The translations under genes were made by a program, and so were the position numbers. The notes beneath the pieces were generated by a model. The model was not told the DNA's origin. It saw only the letters and a program-made list of their open reading frames with translations, and did no database searches. 64,000 bases of DNA from an uncultured Pseudobdellovibrionaceae bacterium (lineage in GTDB: Bacteria; Bdellovibrionota; Bdellovibrionia; Bdellovibrionales; UBA1609): contig CAWDNU010000004.1 of the NCBI GenBank assembly GCA_963803705.1, positions 256,001 through 320,000 of the forward strand. Direction: 5' to 3'. Below, in pieces: positions 20,334 to 29,854 of the stretch. Within the stretch, counting starts at the first letter, position 1. Every line of letters begins with the position of its first letter.

Positions 20334-20490
20334 TTTATTTGAAAATAATTATTTAAGTAAATACTAAATGTAAGTCTTAAAAAGTTCAAACATACGTTTG
20401 TGGCATTTTTGCTACCAAAAAATGCTACAATCCGAACTCATTTCTAAGACTTACATTTAATATTTACTTAAACAATTATTTTCAAATAAA
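20334..20490. repeat. 157-bp palindromic element B (46-bp arms with 2 mismatches around a conserved core)
   Basis: 20334..20379 pairs with 20445..20490; core shared with element A. Confidence 0.9.
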
Positions 20491-20507
20491 TTCTTAGATA
20501 TTAGTTG

Positions 20508-22109
20508 TCACTTATAAGACTCAAAGATCTTGTCAGCGATACTTACACCGTCGCAAGCAGCACTTGTGATTCCACCCGCATAACCCGCCCCTTCACCAGC
20601 AGGGTAAAGCCCCTGGTGAGATAAAGACTGCAAAGTCACATTGTCCCTTAGAATTCTTATGGGGCACGAAGTTCTTGATTCCACTCCAATTAACAGGGCT
20701 TCATCTGCTGCAAATCCTTTCATTTTTCGATCAAAGATTTCCATGGACTTGATAAATTGGTTTCTAAATTTAGGGCCAAACAATTCATGTACCGGGGCGG
20801 CAATCACGCCGGATGGTGATGAAGCTTTTGCAATTTCAGTAGAAATTTTCTGGCTCATGAAGTCCTTAAGCTTTTGTGCTGGAAGCTCTTTACTGCCCTT
20901 CAAAGATTGGACCTGCTTAAAGGCTTCACTTTCTAGTTGAGTTCTAAATTTTATGCCCCCAAACAGATCACCAGAAAAGTTTTTATTGTGATCAATGCTA
21001 ACAACTATAGCTGCATTAGCATGCGGTGAATTTCTATTATAGTTGCTCATACCATTTGAAACTAGAAGGCCATCGTGGGTCCCAGAAGACAGCACATACC
21101 CTCCTGGACACATACAAAAGCTATATACTCCAAGTCCCAGATCCTTGTCAGTATGAGCCAATTTATAATTAGCTGCTCCTAGCTTAGGGTTATCCCAAGC
21201 ATCTTTATATTGAATCTTGTTTATCAATTCTTGGGAGTGCTCTACTCTTAGGCCTACCGCAAAAGACTTGCCCTCCATTGCTACGTTATTGTGGTGCAGA
21301 TGCTCGAATAGGTCAGTTGAATGACCCGCTGCTAGCACTAGTTTTGTTCCCTGGATAACTCGTTCAAAAGAGTTTTTAACTTTGTCGCTAGTACCCCTTT
21401 CTGATAAGGCCTCGGTTGAAGAAACTAAGACGCCTGTAATTGTTTTTTGAAAATTGTTTGTTTCATCAAACAGAATCTTATTCACTTTAGTGTTAAAAAG
21501 TATAACGCAACCTTGGCTCTCAAGGTGCTTGCGCATCTTAGGTATAACTCGTCTAATCTTGTCAGAACCCACGTGTGGATTTGACAAATATTCAATTTCT
21601 GGTGGAGCTCCGAATTTAACAAGGTTTTTCATAATATAGGGAATATGTTTGGACTTAATTCGAGTCACGAGTTTTCCATCAGAAAACAGTCCGGCCCCAC
21701 CTTCGCCAAATCCCACATTAGAGCTGGGGTTTAAAATTCCTTTTCTCCAGAACTTAGCAATTGATACAACTCTCTTCTCAGTTGGTTCACCTTGTTCGAT
21801 AATAATGGATTTTATACCTCGTTCTTGTAATCGGTAGGCAGCAAATAGGCCCGCAGGTCCAGCCCCTATTATCAGAACTGGTTGGTCATTAAAGCGATGA
21901 AGCTTTTCAAGTACAATTTCAGGTGTTTCTAATGATTCGCCAAATGCAAATGTCCTAACAGAGTAAATGAAGTTAATATCATTTCTTTTTCGAGCATCGA
22001 TAGACTTTTTCAAAACTACGTAAGAGGAGTGTTCAGGATCCATCCATTGAAGTTTTTCTTCTAGATCTTCGTTTAAACCGACTTTGACATTTTTTAACTC
22101 TTTAGCCAT
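20508..22109 (-). CDS. FAD/NAD(P)-dependent oxidoreductase
   Basis: GAGPAG, GEGGAGLFSDGKL, SFCMCPGG, GEGAGYAGGI. Confidence 0.9.
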   Translation of the reverse strand: MAKELKNVKVGLNEDLEEKLQWMDPEHSSYVVLKKSIDARKRNDINFIYSVRTFAFGESLETPEIVLEKLHRFNDQPVLIIGAGPAGLFAAYRLQERGIKSIIIEQGEPTEKRVVSIAKFWRKGILNPSSNVGFGEGGAGLFSDGKLVTRIKSKHIPYIMKNLVKFGAPPEIEYLSNPHVGSDKIRRVIPKMRKHLESQGCVILFNTKVNKILFDETNNFQKTITGVLVSSTEALSERGTSDKVKNSFERVIQGTKLVLAAGHSTDLFEHLHHNNVAMEGKSFAVGLRVEHSQELINKIQYKDAWDNPKLGAANYKLAHTDKDLGLGVYSFCMCPGGYVLSSGTHDGLLVSNGMSNYNRNSPHANAAIVVSIDHNKNFSGDLFGGIKFRTQLESEAFKQVQSLKGSKELPAQKLKDFMSQKISTEIAKASSPSGVIAAPVHELFGPKFRNQFIKSMEIFDRKMKGFAADEALLIGVESRTSCPIRILRDNVTLQSLSHQGLYPAGEGAGYAGGITSAACDGVSIADKIFESYK

Positions 22110-22304
22110 ATTAATTCTATAGCCCTACTTTACATAAAAAACAGCAGTGATCCTGAAACATGAAGCTATTACTTGCCTGTCGGTTGAGCTGATATCCCGA
22201 CATTTGAAACTTGTGAGAATAAATTTAAAATTCTGGACATTCCGAGCTTGCCAAAGAACTTAGGTTTTCTTAAAGTCTTTTTCTACTTAATAGTTACTTA
22301 CTGT

Positions 22305-22389
22305 GCCTTGGTGGTGGAATTGGTAGACACGCCGGATTCAAAATCCGGTGCTTCACGGCGTGCCGGTTCAAGTCCGGCTCGAGGTACCA
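22305..22389 (+). tRNA. tRNA-Leu (CAA)
   Basis: GCCTTGG acceptor strand, D-loop GG, CCGGA-TTCAAAA-TCCGG anticodon arm, long variable arm, GGTTCAAGTCC, encoded CCA. Confidence 0.97.
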
Positions 22390-22508
22390 TTTGGATTTTC
22401 CCTAATATTTTAGAATAGTTATGAGCATGGGTTTTTTCCCTTGCTTAATTAATTAGCTCTAAAAAAGGTTGGTCAAAACTGCACTTTCAGGGGTTTGCAC
22501 CAATCTTT

Positions 22509-23696
22509 TTGATCTTCTGCTACAAACAGGAGAAAATGATGATACTTAAGGCAATATCCAGCGATGTGTTAGAAAAGTTAGATGCAAAGTGGAACAATAA
22601 AGACAGGCTACAAAGATGGTCTACATATTATGTAAATGGCCAGATTGTAATTAAAAGAGGCATATTCAGAAGTAAGGGTGGCCCTACCTTTCAAAGGTTA
22701 CCAGTTAGATTCTTTAGGCACTTACCTTTAGAAGAACAAAAAGAGTTAGCTAAACAGCTCAACATAGGTCATGTACGCAAGTTGGTACCTAGAAGGTTTG
22801 TTAATAAAACCAATATCCCAACCCCTTTGTTAAAGGATTTTAGAAATAGATTGCTGATGGATATTCCTAATCAAAACACGGCTAGATGTGTCTGGTCTAA
22901 ATTAGATAGATATGTGCTCACTTGGTTTAGCTCAAAAGATTGTGACTATACGACCTGGCAAAGGAAATATGATACTGAATGGGGTAAGTATTTACTGAGT
23001 ACCGGCTTATCACCCAGAAGTTTACGCTGGATAATATAAACGGCTAATAGGTTCTTTAAGTATTTGCATAAGCAAGATCGGGAGAAATACCCCCTATATA
23101 TATTAAGCCCAATATCAAAAGCGGTATTTAGAAAAGCTAGTGCTGACTGGGATGAAGACGAGAGAAAGCACAGGAACTACATCACTGAAGAGGAGCATGA
23201 AGTTCTACTTAAGAAACTAGATAAAGAGATACTACCCGCCTATCAGCTCTGCTACTACTTAGGTCTTAGAAGGTCTGAAGCTTTGGGGCTTAAGGATCAT
23301 CTAGAATCTGTAAGACGAGACTATTTACTAATCAATAGGCAGCTAGAGAAGTATAACCGATTTGACGGCCCTACATATTCCAGAACTAAGAACAGAAAGA
23401 ACCGGAAAGTACCCTATTAGTTCATTGATGCAGAGAAAACCTACAGGCTAATTAAGAATCTAGGGTTTATTAGCGGTGATTGTATTACACGTAAGTTCTC
23501 AGAGGCATGTAAGGCTATGGGCTACCCGTTTACACTGCACGACTGTAGACATACATTTATCACTAACGCGGTTAATAGCGGCCTTTACGGCATTAATGAT
23601 GTGCGTCTGGCCGTTGGGCATAGTTCGATTAGCACCACAAGCCTCTATCTACGTGACTCAAGGCAACTAGATGATGATATTTGGGTACCTGACTAG
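22509..23696 (+). pseudogene. Tyrosine recombinase/integrase with two in-frame stops
   Basis: One frame with TAA at 23037 and TAG at 23418; GLRRSEA, RTKN, LHDCRHTF, VGHSSISTTSLY give the full catalytic set. Confidence 0.9.
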
Positions 23697-23986
23697 AGGT
23701 TTAGTCTAAAGGTTATCTTGTCATAATATTTTTCAAGGCTTTTGTTTGGAGCCTCATTGATCTTAATCTCGATATAATATCTTTTTAATCCACGCTCACC
23801 CATTTGTGCTACAGTAGCTTCACCTTTAATTATGACTGGATCATTCAATTCAAACTTTACTTGGAAGCGCCCATTAGGCTCCTGATCTATAGTAAATTTA
23901 AGGCTCTCTTTCACAGGTTCTACTTCTAATTTAACTAAGAAATGGTGTAGCTGATGAAGGATGGCTGACTCAAGATCATAACTCAT
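23693..23986 (-). CDS. Hypothetical protein of the element
   Basis: ORF with SD-like AGGGGA, convergent with the integrase. Confidence 0.55.
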   Translation of the reverse strand: MSYDLESAILHQLHHFLVKLEVEPVKESLKFTIDQEPNGRFQVKFELNDPVIIKGEATVAQMGERGLKRYYIEIKINEAPNKSLEKYYDKITFRLNL

Positions 23987-24057
23987 TCATTCCCCTAGAT
24001 TAGGTGTTACCCAAATGTATCGGGTTATTATTTACTAGTTCTTAGCTTATTCTTTGA

Positions 24058-24264
24058 TTAAATCGGCTCAGTAAAGTCTACGATAGCTTCAGCATATTCT
24101 AGGAGAATGGCCGTTAGCTCTTCATCCTTAAGCTTCTCTAACTTGTTATCTGCTAATAGGCTCATAAACATCTTTAGTATCAGTTCATGCTTCTTATCTT
24201 TATCCATGCCCCATAGTTGCAAAGGGGCTAAGTAATAAAAAAGGCCATTTTTGGGGAATTCCAT
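24058..24264 (-). CDS. Small hypothetical protein (probable start at MDKDKK)
   Basis: Part of a tightly packed minus-strand cluster. Confidence 0.45.
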   Translation of the reverse strand: MEFPKNGLFYYLAPLQLWGMDKDKKHELILKMFMSLLADNKLEKLKDEELTAILLEYAEAIVDFTEPI

Positions 24265-24587
24265 GCTTTTGAAGCTTCTTCTCTTGCAAAAGTAGCATTT
24301 GAATCTACCTGGTCTATCCTGGCATTAATTTCTTCTAAGCTAGCTTTAATATTGTTATCCCTACTCTTCTGCTCTGTATATTTGGAATAGCAATAGATAA
24401 GGCCCATAACTGAGAAGCAGATTGGAGTAATTATCTCACTTGGATTGATTAGCGCTGAGAATATGAAAAGAAACATCCCAACATTGGGGATTGTCCAAGA
24501 TTTAAATGATGGAAACTTTATTGGCCTGAAAAAGAACCTGTACAAAGTTGAAAAGAAGCGTCTACTGACATTTTTAATTTTATCCAT
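24228..24587 (-). CDS. Membrane protein with two TM segments and a coiled coil
   Basis: Two hydrophobic segments then LEEINARIDQVDS; abuts the upstream ORF via TAAATG. Confidence 0.55.
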   Translation of the reverse strand: MDKIKNVSRRFFSTLYRFFFRPIKFPSFKSWTIPNVGMFLFIFSALINPSEIITPICFSVMGLIYCYSKYTEQKSRDNNIKASLEEINARIDQVDSNATFAREEASKAWNSPKMAFFIT

Positions 24588-24836
24588 TTAGTCCTTCATA
24601 AAAAGATTATAAAAAGCTATCTTAGCTTCATCGATTACAATTGGTTTAATGTTTGGTGTGCCCTGCTCTACATTTATTATTTTGTCGTCTTGAGTAGATA
24701 TAATTGAACACATCCAACTACCTTTGTTTTCACCTGATGAAATTTTATGAACAGTGATAGACTTAACTAGAGGAAATATTCTTGCTACTTCCTTTACCGG
24801 CTTTTTCTTAACAACTTTTTTCTTAGCAGCGGCCAT
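24588..24836 (-). CDS. Small basic hypothetical protein
   Basis: TAAATG junctions on both sides; Lys-rich N-terminus. Confidence 0.6.
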   Translation of the reverse strand: MAAAKKKVVKKKPVKEVARIFPLVKSITVHKISSGENKGSWMCSIISTQDDKIINVEQGTPNIKPIVIDEAKIAFYNLFMKD

Positions 24837-25154
24837 TTACTTAGCCCCTTCTTGAGCTAGTTGTGGAATAAGAGCTGCATCTGGATGATTTTGTGTTTCG
24901 TCTAAAAGATTTTTATGTAAAGACTCTATGAATACTATTGCTTCACCAATGCGCTTATTTGTATGTCCCTGGTATTGACCCTGCATTAACAGGTCATGAA
25001 TATTGATCAGCTGTTTAAGTGAATTAACTTTATCTTTTAAGTCCTTAGGAACTTGTTTCTTTTTATCTTTAGCCATGTATTTCTCCATTTTTATAGGGCC
25101 ATTATGGTGCCTATGTTTGCTTTCATCTTTTTCAGGTAGAAAGCGATTCTCCAC
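24837..25154 (-). CDS. Hypothetical protein (probable start at MAKDKK)
   Basis: GGAG before the internal ATG; abuts the next ORF. Confidence 0.55.
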   Translation of the reverse strand: MENRFLPEKDESKHRHHNGPIKMEKYMAKDKKKQVPKDLKDKVNSLKQLINIHDLLMQGQYQGHTNKRIGEAIVFIESLHKNLLDETQNHPDAALIPQLAQEGAK

Positions 25155-25378
25155 TAAAATAAGAGCCTCTCACTAGCCACAGCGGAGTAATGCGACTAGC
25201 GAGAAACTGGATGTTTTTGCAGGCCCTTACTATTACTTGGTAAAATTCATATATTTTTAGTAAATTTATTTGTGCAGAACCTTGGGCGACTAAAGGAATT
25301 TTTTAGGTTCAATTAAGTGCGCCACAAATGGTCCCTTAATACTTCTTGGTAAAATATTGAAAAATACCAAGTAAAGGT

Positions 25379-25885
25379 ATGAGGCACTTACGCTTAAAAA
25401 TTAAAGGTATAAAACCAATTAGCGTTAATGATGCTTATTATAAGTCGCGCATGATCTATAATAGAAAGGCAAGGGCATACATCACTGAGTTTCTTACTCA
25501 GCTACTGAAGTACAAGAAAGATATGCAGAAATTTACTAAAGCTTTCGATCCAATGACTGAGTGTTTGAAAGTTAATATGTCAGTATTTATGCCGGAAAGT
25601 GAGATGTACACTAAGGCTGGATATGTATCCCACAGGTCTTCTGATGTAGATAATATGAATAAAGTTACTATTGATTGTCTATTTAACCAGAAGCAAATTC
25701 AAAAAGTGGTTAAGGAATTTCCAATTAGTAATATTTGTATTGATGATAAGTTCATATATGATTTGCAAACTGCAAAGTTTGGCTATGATCAGCCTAGTTA
25801 TTTAATTGTTATTGATATTAAGATTGAGTGCAATCAATCGGCCCACGAGTGGGGCCAAAAGATTTTAAAAAGTGTAACTATTTAA
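25379..25885 (+). CDS. RusA-like Holliday junction resolvase/endonuclease
   Basis: PISVNDAY N-terminus, SDVDNMNKVTID (DxDNxxK...D), IDDKFI. Confidence 0.75.
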   Translation: MRHLRLKIKGIKPISVNDAYYKSRMIYNRKARAYITEFLTQLLKYKKDMQKFTKAFDPMTECLKVNMSVFMPESEMYTKAGYVSHRSSDVDNMNKVTIDCLFNQKQIQKVVKEFPISNICIDDKFIYDLQTAKFGYDQPSYLIVIDIKIECNQSAHEWGQKILKSVTI

Positions 25886-25926
25886 ATTTCTGATTTTTTT
25901 TAAGTGAGTTGAACTAAAAAACTCTT

Positions 25927-26256
25927 CTATTTATCAAAATCAAATATTGTGCAAGTTGCTTCGTAGTTATAACCCGCTTTATTAGTTTTATTTATTATAT
26001 CAACCTCGAAATTTAAACTACCGTCTAAACGACTAGAAACTTTATCAGTCTCTTCAGCACAGGTTTTATCAAAAACTTCTACTGCATGCCGGTTACTTTC
26101 TGCATACATTTCCATTGTTAGTAGTTTAAATTTCACCTTATCCATAATACCCGAGTAGTAAGTTTTTTCAACTAAGCCCTCATTTGTCACTTTAACCTTG
26201 TCGGCAAAAGCATTCACAGAAATAAATATTAACATCGCCATCATAATACTTTTCAT
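25927..26256 (-). CDS. Small secreted protein carried by the element
   Basis: Signal peptide ending NAFA, SD AAAGGAG, sigma54-like TGGCATGAGTATTGA upstream. Confidence 0.65.
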   Translation of the reverse strand: MKSIMMAMLIFISVNAFADKVKVTNEGLVEKTYYSGIMDKVKFKLLTMEMYAESNRHAVEVFDKTCAEETDKVSSRLDGSLNFEVDIINKTNKAGYNYEATCTIFDFDK

Positions 26257-26558
26257 TCTAAACTCCTTTGTTTTATTTATAATAACCTATTCAATACTCA
26301 TGCCAGTCAGGCATAGCTTAACTGAAGGTGAGCAAGATTTTAGTGACGAAAAAAGTCATTTTTACAATTCTGGCACCCAAATAGACTCATCAAAGCCACG
26401 TGAATCTTGTAGATATTAATATTGTATCTAATGAAAAAGCGAAGTGTATCAGTCTAGAATTTTTAGACAGCCTTGAAGATTAAACACTAAAGAAATATTT
26501 GCTTGCACTAGGTAAAAACTAACTATATCTCTAGGATTAGGAGATTAAAGTTGGGGAA

Positions 26559-26616
26559 ATTCAAAATCCGGTGCTTCACGGCGTGCCGGTTCAAGTCCGG
26601 CTCGAGGTACCATTTG
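26559..26616 (+). repeat. att site: duplicated 3' half of tRNA-Leu
   Basis: Identical to 22336..22393. Confidence 0.95.
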
Positions 26617-26965
26617 AAATTCATAAGTATTTTTAAATACTTACAAGTTTCAAAAAAGTCAATTTTACAGAAAACTTGTGTCACGAAAAACACCCGTGTA
26701 ACAAGATAGTAATAAATTTATTTTGTTTAGGTCAGTAGACATGACAGATGTACTATCCTTGCTGTTTGTATTATTAGGTCTCTAACGGTCGTATTTTTGA
26801 TTTGAGCAATGAATCATTAAAACACAAAATCTTAAGTTGAATTTTTAAGTTTTAGATCTACCTTTTTAGTACACGCAATGTATGCAAAGTCCTATGTCTC
26901 TAGTGTTGCAGAAAGTACCACACAACTGCCTGAAGTTAAGATCCTCTCAAATCTATATATAAAAC

Positions 26966-26994
26966 TTGATTTTGTCATGTAACTGAGTTACATT
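26966..26994 (+). promoter_or_regulatory. Promoter of the toxin-antitoxin pair with a palindromic operator
   Basis: TTGATT-17-TACATT overlapping ATGTAACT-G-AGTTACAT (26977..26993). Confidence 0.6.
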
Positions 26995-27032
26995 AACATC
27001 TGATAACAATAAGAAACTCTAAGCTAGAACAC

Positions 27033-27311
27033 GTGCTCAAAATGACTAAAGAATACTTAGAGTCAGGCAAACACATTTACGTAGGTCACGCGCAACAAAG
27101 ACTACAAGAGCGTGAAGTGACTAGACTTGAGGTCAAACAGGCTCTCAAAAATGGTTACCACGAAAAAAGAAAAGATGAGTTTAAAGAAGATCATCAAGCT
27201 TGGAACTACTCTATTCGTGGTAAAACTATTGATAAAAAAGAGCTTAGAGTCGCTGTCACATTTAATAAAAACAACATGCTCATCATCACTGTTATTGATT
27301 TGAGTAAGTAA
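27033..27311 (+). CDS. DUF4258-family putative toxin
   Basis: HAQQRLQEREV, YSIRG, LIITVI. Confidence 0.75.
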   Translation: MLKMTKEYLESGKHIYVGHAQQRLQEREVTRLEVKQALKNGYHEKRKDEFKEDHQAWNYSIRGKTIDKKELRVAVTFNKNNMLIITVIDLSK

Positions 27312-27327
27312 AAGGAGAAGAGTAGAA

Positions 27328-27780
27328 ATGGCAAATAAGAAAGTTCAAAAAAACTATACAGACTACGGATTTGGTTTTCCTGTTCAAATCATAGATGCTC
27401 CTTTTAAGAAAATTAATGACGAGTGGGCCCTAGATTTAAACTTTGAAAAATATGAAAAAGCTGTTCTTTTGGCTCTTGCAGTAAAGCCAGCTAGGCTTAA
27501 CGGAAATGAAATTAAGTTCATCAGACACCACTTTGAAATGGATCTAAAATCATTTGGAAAAAGGTTTGGAGATGTTGCACACTCAGCAGTGATCAAATGG
27601 GAAAAATTTAAAGACGAACCAACAAACATAAACTGGTCTACAGAAAAAGATATTCGCCTAGCAATTATCGATGAAATGAAGCCACGCCTCTTACGAAAAG
27701 TTTACGAAGAACTTCAGGAAACGGCTCCTAAGAAGAACTTTAAAATCAAAATTGATAAAGATGATTTAAAAGCTGCTTAG
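27328..27780 (+). CDS. HTH (XRE/MqsA-like) putative antitoxin
   Basis: LNGNEIKFIRH...FGKRFG.VAHSAVIKWEK helix-turn-helix, directly after the toxin. Confidence 0.75.
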   Translation: MANKKVQKNYTDYGFGFPVQIIDAPFKKINDEWALDLNFEKYEKAVLLALAVKPARLNGNEIKFIRHHFEMDLKSFGKRFGDVAHSAVIKWEKFKDEPTNINWSTEKDIRLAIIDEMKPRLLRKVYEELQETAPKKNFKIKIDKDDLKAA

Positions 27781-27846
27781 AACAGCTCTGTGACCCCCAA
27801 GCTGGCTAATTGTGCCATATATTAACCGTTGAAGACTAAAACTTAA

Positions 27847-28302
27847 GTGGCTAATATACCCACATGTTTCAACTGCTTAGAAATTTTACTTTTATCTTGC
27901 TGCTGTCTGCTGTCTGCTGTAGCAAGCTGTTCCAGTATTCATAAAAATGAAACCTCTATTGATGAACAGTTAGAATCTATAAATATTAATAAAAAGACCT
28001 TCGTTGTCAGAGACACCTCTTTTTACAATACAAATGTTCTTGTTGCTAAAATGCCTGATGACACCGTTATCATTGCCTCATCAATGTATGACACCGTAAC
28101 AACAAACAAAATGGTCGCTTGGATTAAACAAAAATTAAACCCTAAAAAAATCATAGCCATCAATACCCACTTTCATGCTGACTGGACTGGTGGCAACGAG
28201 AGCTATCACAATAATGATGTTGAAATATGGTCCAGCAATCAAACTAAAGATTTTTATTCTAAAAGAGCTGATTCAATGCGCTTATGCGTACGTTGGGCGT
28301 AA
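27847..28302 (+). pseudogene. Truncated subclass B1-like metallo-beta-lactamase
   Basis: INTHFHADWTGGN (HxHxD) and a lipoprotein-like signal; the C-terminal zinc ligands are missing where the IS66 fragment begins. Confidence 0.7.
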
Positions 28303-28834
28303 GCCGGGTATCTTGACTTAGTTTTTTTTGGTTTTGCTTAATGGCAAGCTGAAGCGGAGTCAAAGCTTGTATTTTTAAATTGTTTTGTCTAATTAAATAT
28401 TTTAAATAATCACTGGGATCAAGTTCTGCTTTTTTGCAGCTTTCAATCACTGTGTATAAACTTGCTGCTTTATCAGCACCATTAATTGTCTTTGATCCAT
28501 TAAAGTTCTTTCTACCAAGTACACTATGTCTTAAAGCCCTTTCTGCATCATTGTTTGTTAGCGGTAAACTTACGTCACTTAAAAAAGCTTTAAATTCCTT
28601 CATGTAATTTAGCTCATAATTAATGGCCTCTAACATTTTGCTTTCACCAAAATACTTTGGCTTTGTTTCATAGTAAAACTTAACTCCAATATAGATCTTA
28701 TTTATTAAGATTCTACTTAAGTCCACCGTAAAATCGCCACCTCTCATGTTTCTACCGCCGCCACTCATTGCTCTTTTAAGACACTCAGAAATTTGAAATG
28801 AGGTTTGTCGAGCAGGTTTGTCATTTAAGCTCAC
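28259..28834 (-). pseudogene. IS66 transposase C-terminal relic joined to a probable serine recombinase fragment
   Basis: LPLTNNDAERALR, LGRKNF, YTVIESCK..LDPSDYL match IS66 TnpC; the upstream RILINKIYIG resembles the Recombinase-domain motif. Confidence 0.8.
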
Positions 28835-28907
28835 CTTTATGTAGTTAAAAGAAAGGCCTGCTTTTTAGAGCAAGCCTTCGTTGTTTCCGTTCACCTTAAA
28901 AACAAGG

Positions 28908-29032
28908 GGGCCTGATGAAAAAGTATCAGATTCTAGGCGTCCAAGCTTAAAATCGAATGAGTCGTAGTTTATCTACGTCGAATGAGATTTAAGCGAAGGC
29001 AACAACGAAGATGATGCTTTTTCAACAGGCCC
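28908..29032. mobile_element. 125-bp MITE-like element, copy 2 (inverted)
   Basis: Reverse complement of 3345..3469 with about 3 substitutions, all at one end. Confidence 0.85.
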
Positions 29033-29556
29033 TAGGGGTTTGTGAATTTTAACTGAATATTAGCGCCCGCATAAGATTCTGATATTTCAAGCTTTAGTTT
29101 TGAAGAGACTCTAGCAACAATCATATCCTTTAATTGTGTATTTTGTAACGCTGAAAAATTTATCAACACTTCTTGCTCATCATCTAAAAATTGATTCTCT
29201 ATAAAAATAACTAGTGAGGATACAAATCGCGCGACATCAATGCTGCTTCGCCTTGAAACATTACCGATAGCTATACCGTCTATACTAATATGATAGATTT
29301 CAAGCGTCTTTGACTGAAAGTTTCGCACAAAACCATATTTTAAAAACCCCAAGCGCCCTGTGGAGGCGTTTAATTTTTTCAGGTCAAAAGCTAGGTTCTG
29401 GACATAAGCATCTGTTTGAAAACGCTCTATTAAGCTGTTCTGAATATTTAGTTGGTTTGCAATAGAAGCTTTTCTAATTTGCAGGAGGCGAGAACATTCG
29501 ATCGAGGCCTCTGAATTTACAGAAAAGGCCCATATAATAAAAATCACGAATCTCAT
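29032..29556 (-). CDS. Secreted hypothetical protein
   Basis: Signal peptide ending SEA followed by Cys; sigma54-like site 13 nt upstream of ATG. Confidence 0.6.
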   Translation of the reverse strand: MRFVIFIIWAFSVNSEASIECSRLLQIRKASIANQLNIQNSLIERFQTDAYVQNLAFDLKKLNASTGRLGFLKYGFVRNFQSKTLEIYHISIDGIAIGNVSRRSSIDVARFVSSLVIFIENQFLDDEQEVLINFSALQNTQLKDMIVARVSSKLKLEISESYAGANIQLKFTNP

Positions 29557-29854
29557 CTTAAAAGGGTAGCAAGATTTATTCCTTTAAACGAAATCTCAAA
29601 GATGAAAGAATCTCTAGATTAGAGATCACATCCAATATATGAGGTTTAAAAGCTCCAGCTCAAGAACAAGAGGGTTTTAATATAGACAGGTCAGAAAGGC
29701 CAAAATCTGATGAAAATTTTCAGTGTATCAAATTGAGAGCTCATAACATAATCTAGACGCCTGCTCAGGCCGTGGACAGCTGAGTTAGTCCAAGATCAGT
29801 CTGGCGCGGCACAGTCTGTGTAAAATCTTTTAAATAAAAACTAAATAATAAACA

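Larger units (their letters stand above)
22336..26616. mobile_element. About 4.2-kb integrated element (prophage remnant or satellite) at tRNA-Leu
   Basis: 58-bp direct repeat 22336..22393 = 26559..26616 starting at the anticodon loop; integrase next to the tRNA. Confidence 0.92.

Noticed and set aside
22509..26256. Alternative genetic code in the integrated element
   Set aside because: The two integrase stops differ (TAA and TAG), and neighbouring ORFs end normally at both codons
26559..26616. Second tRNA-Leu gene
   Set aside because: It lacks the 5' half; it is the att duplication
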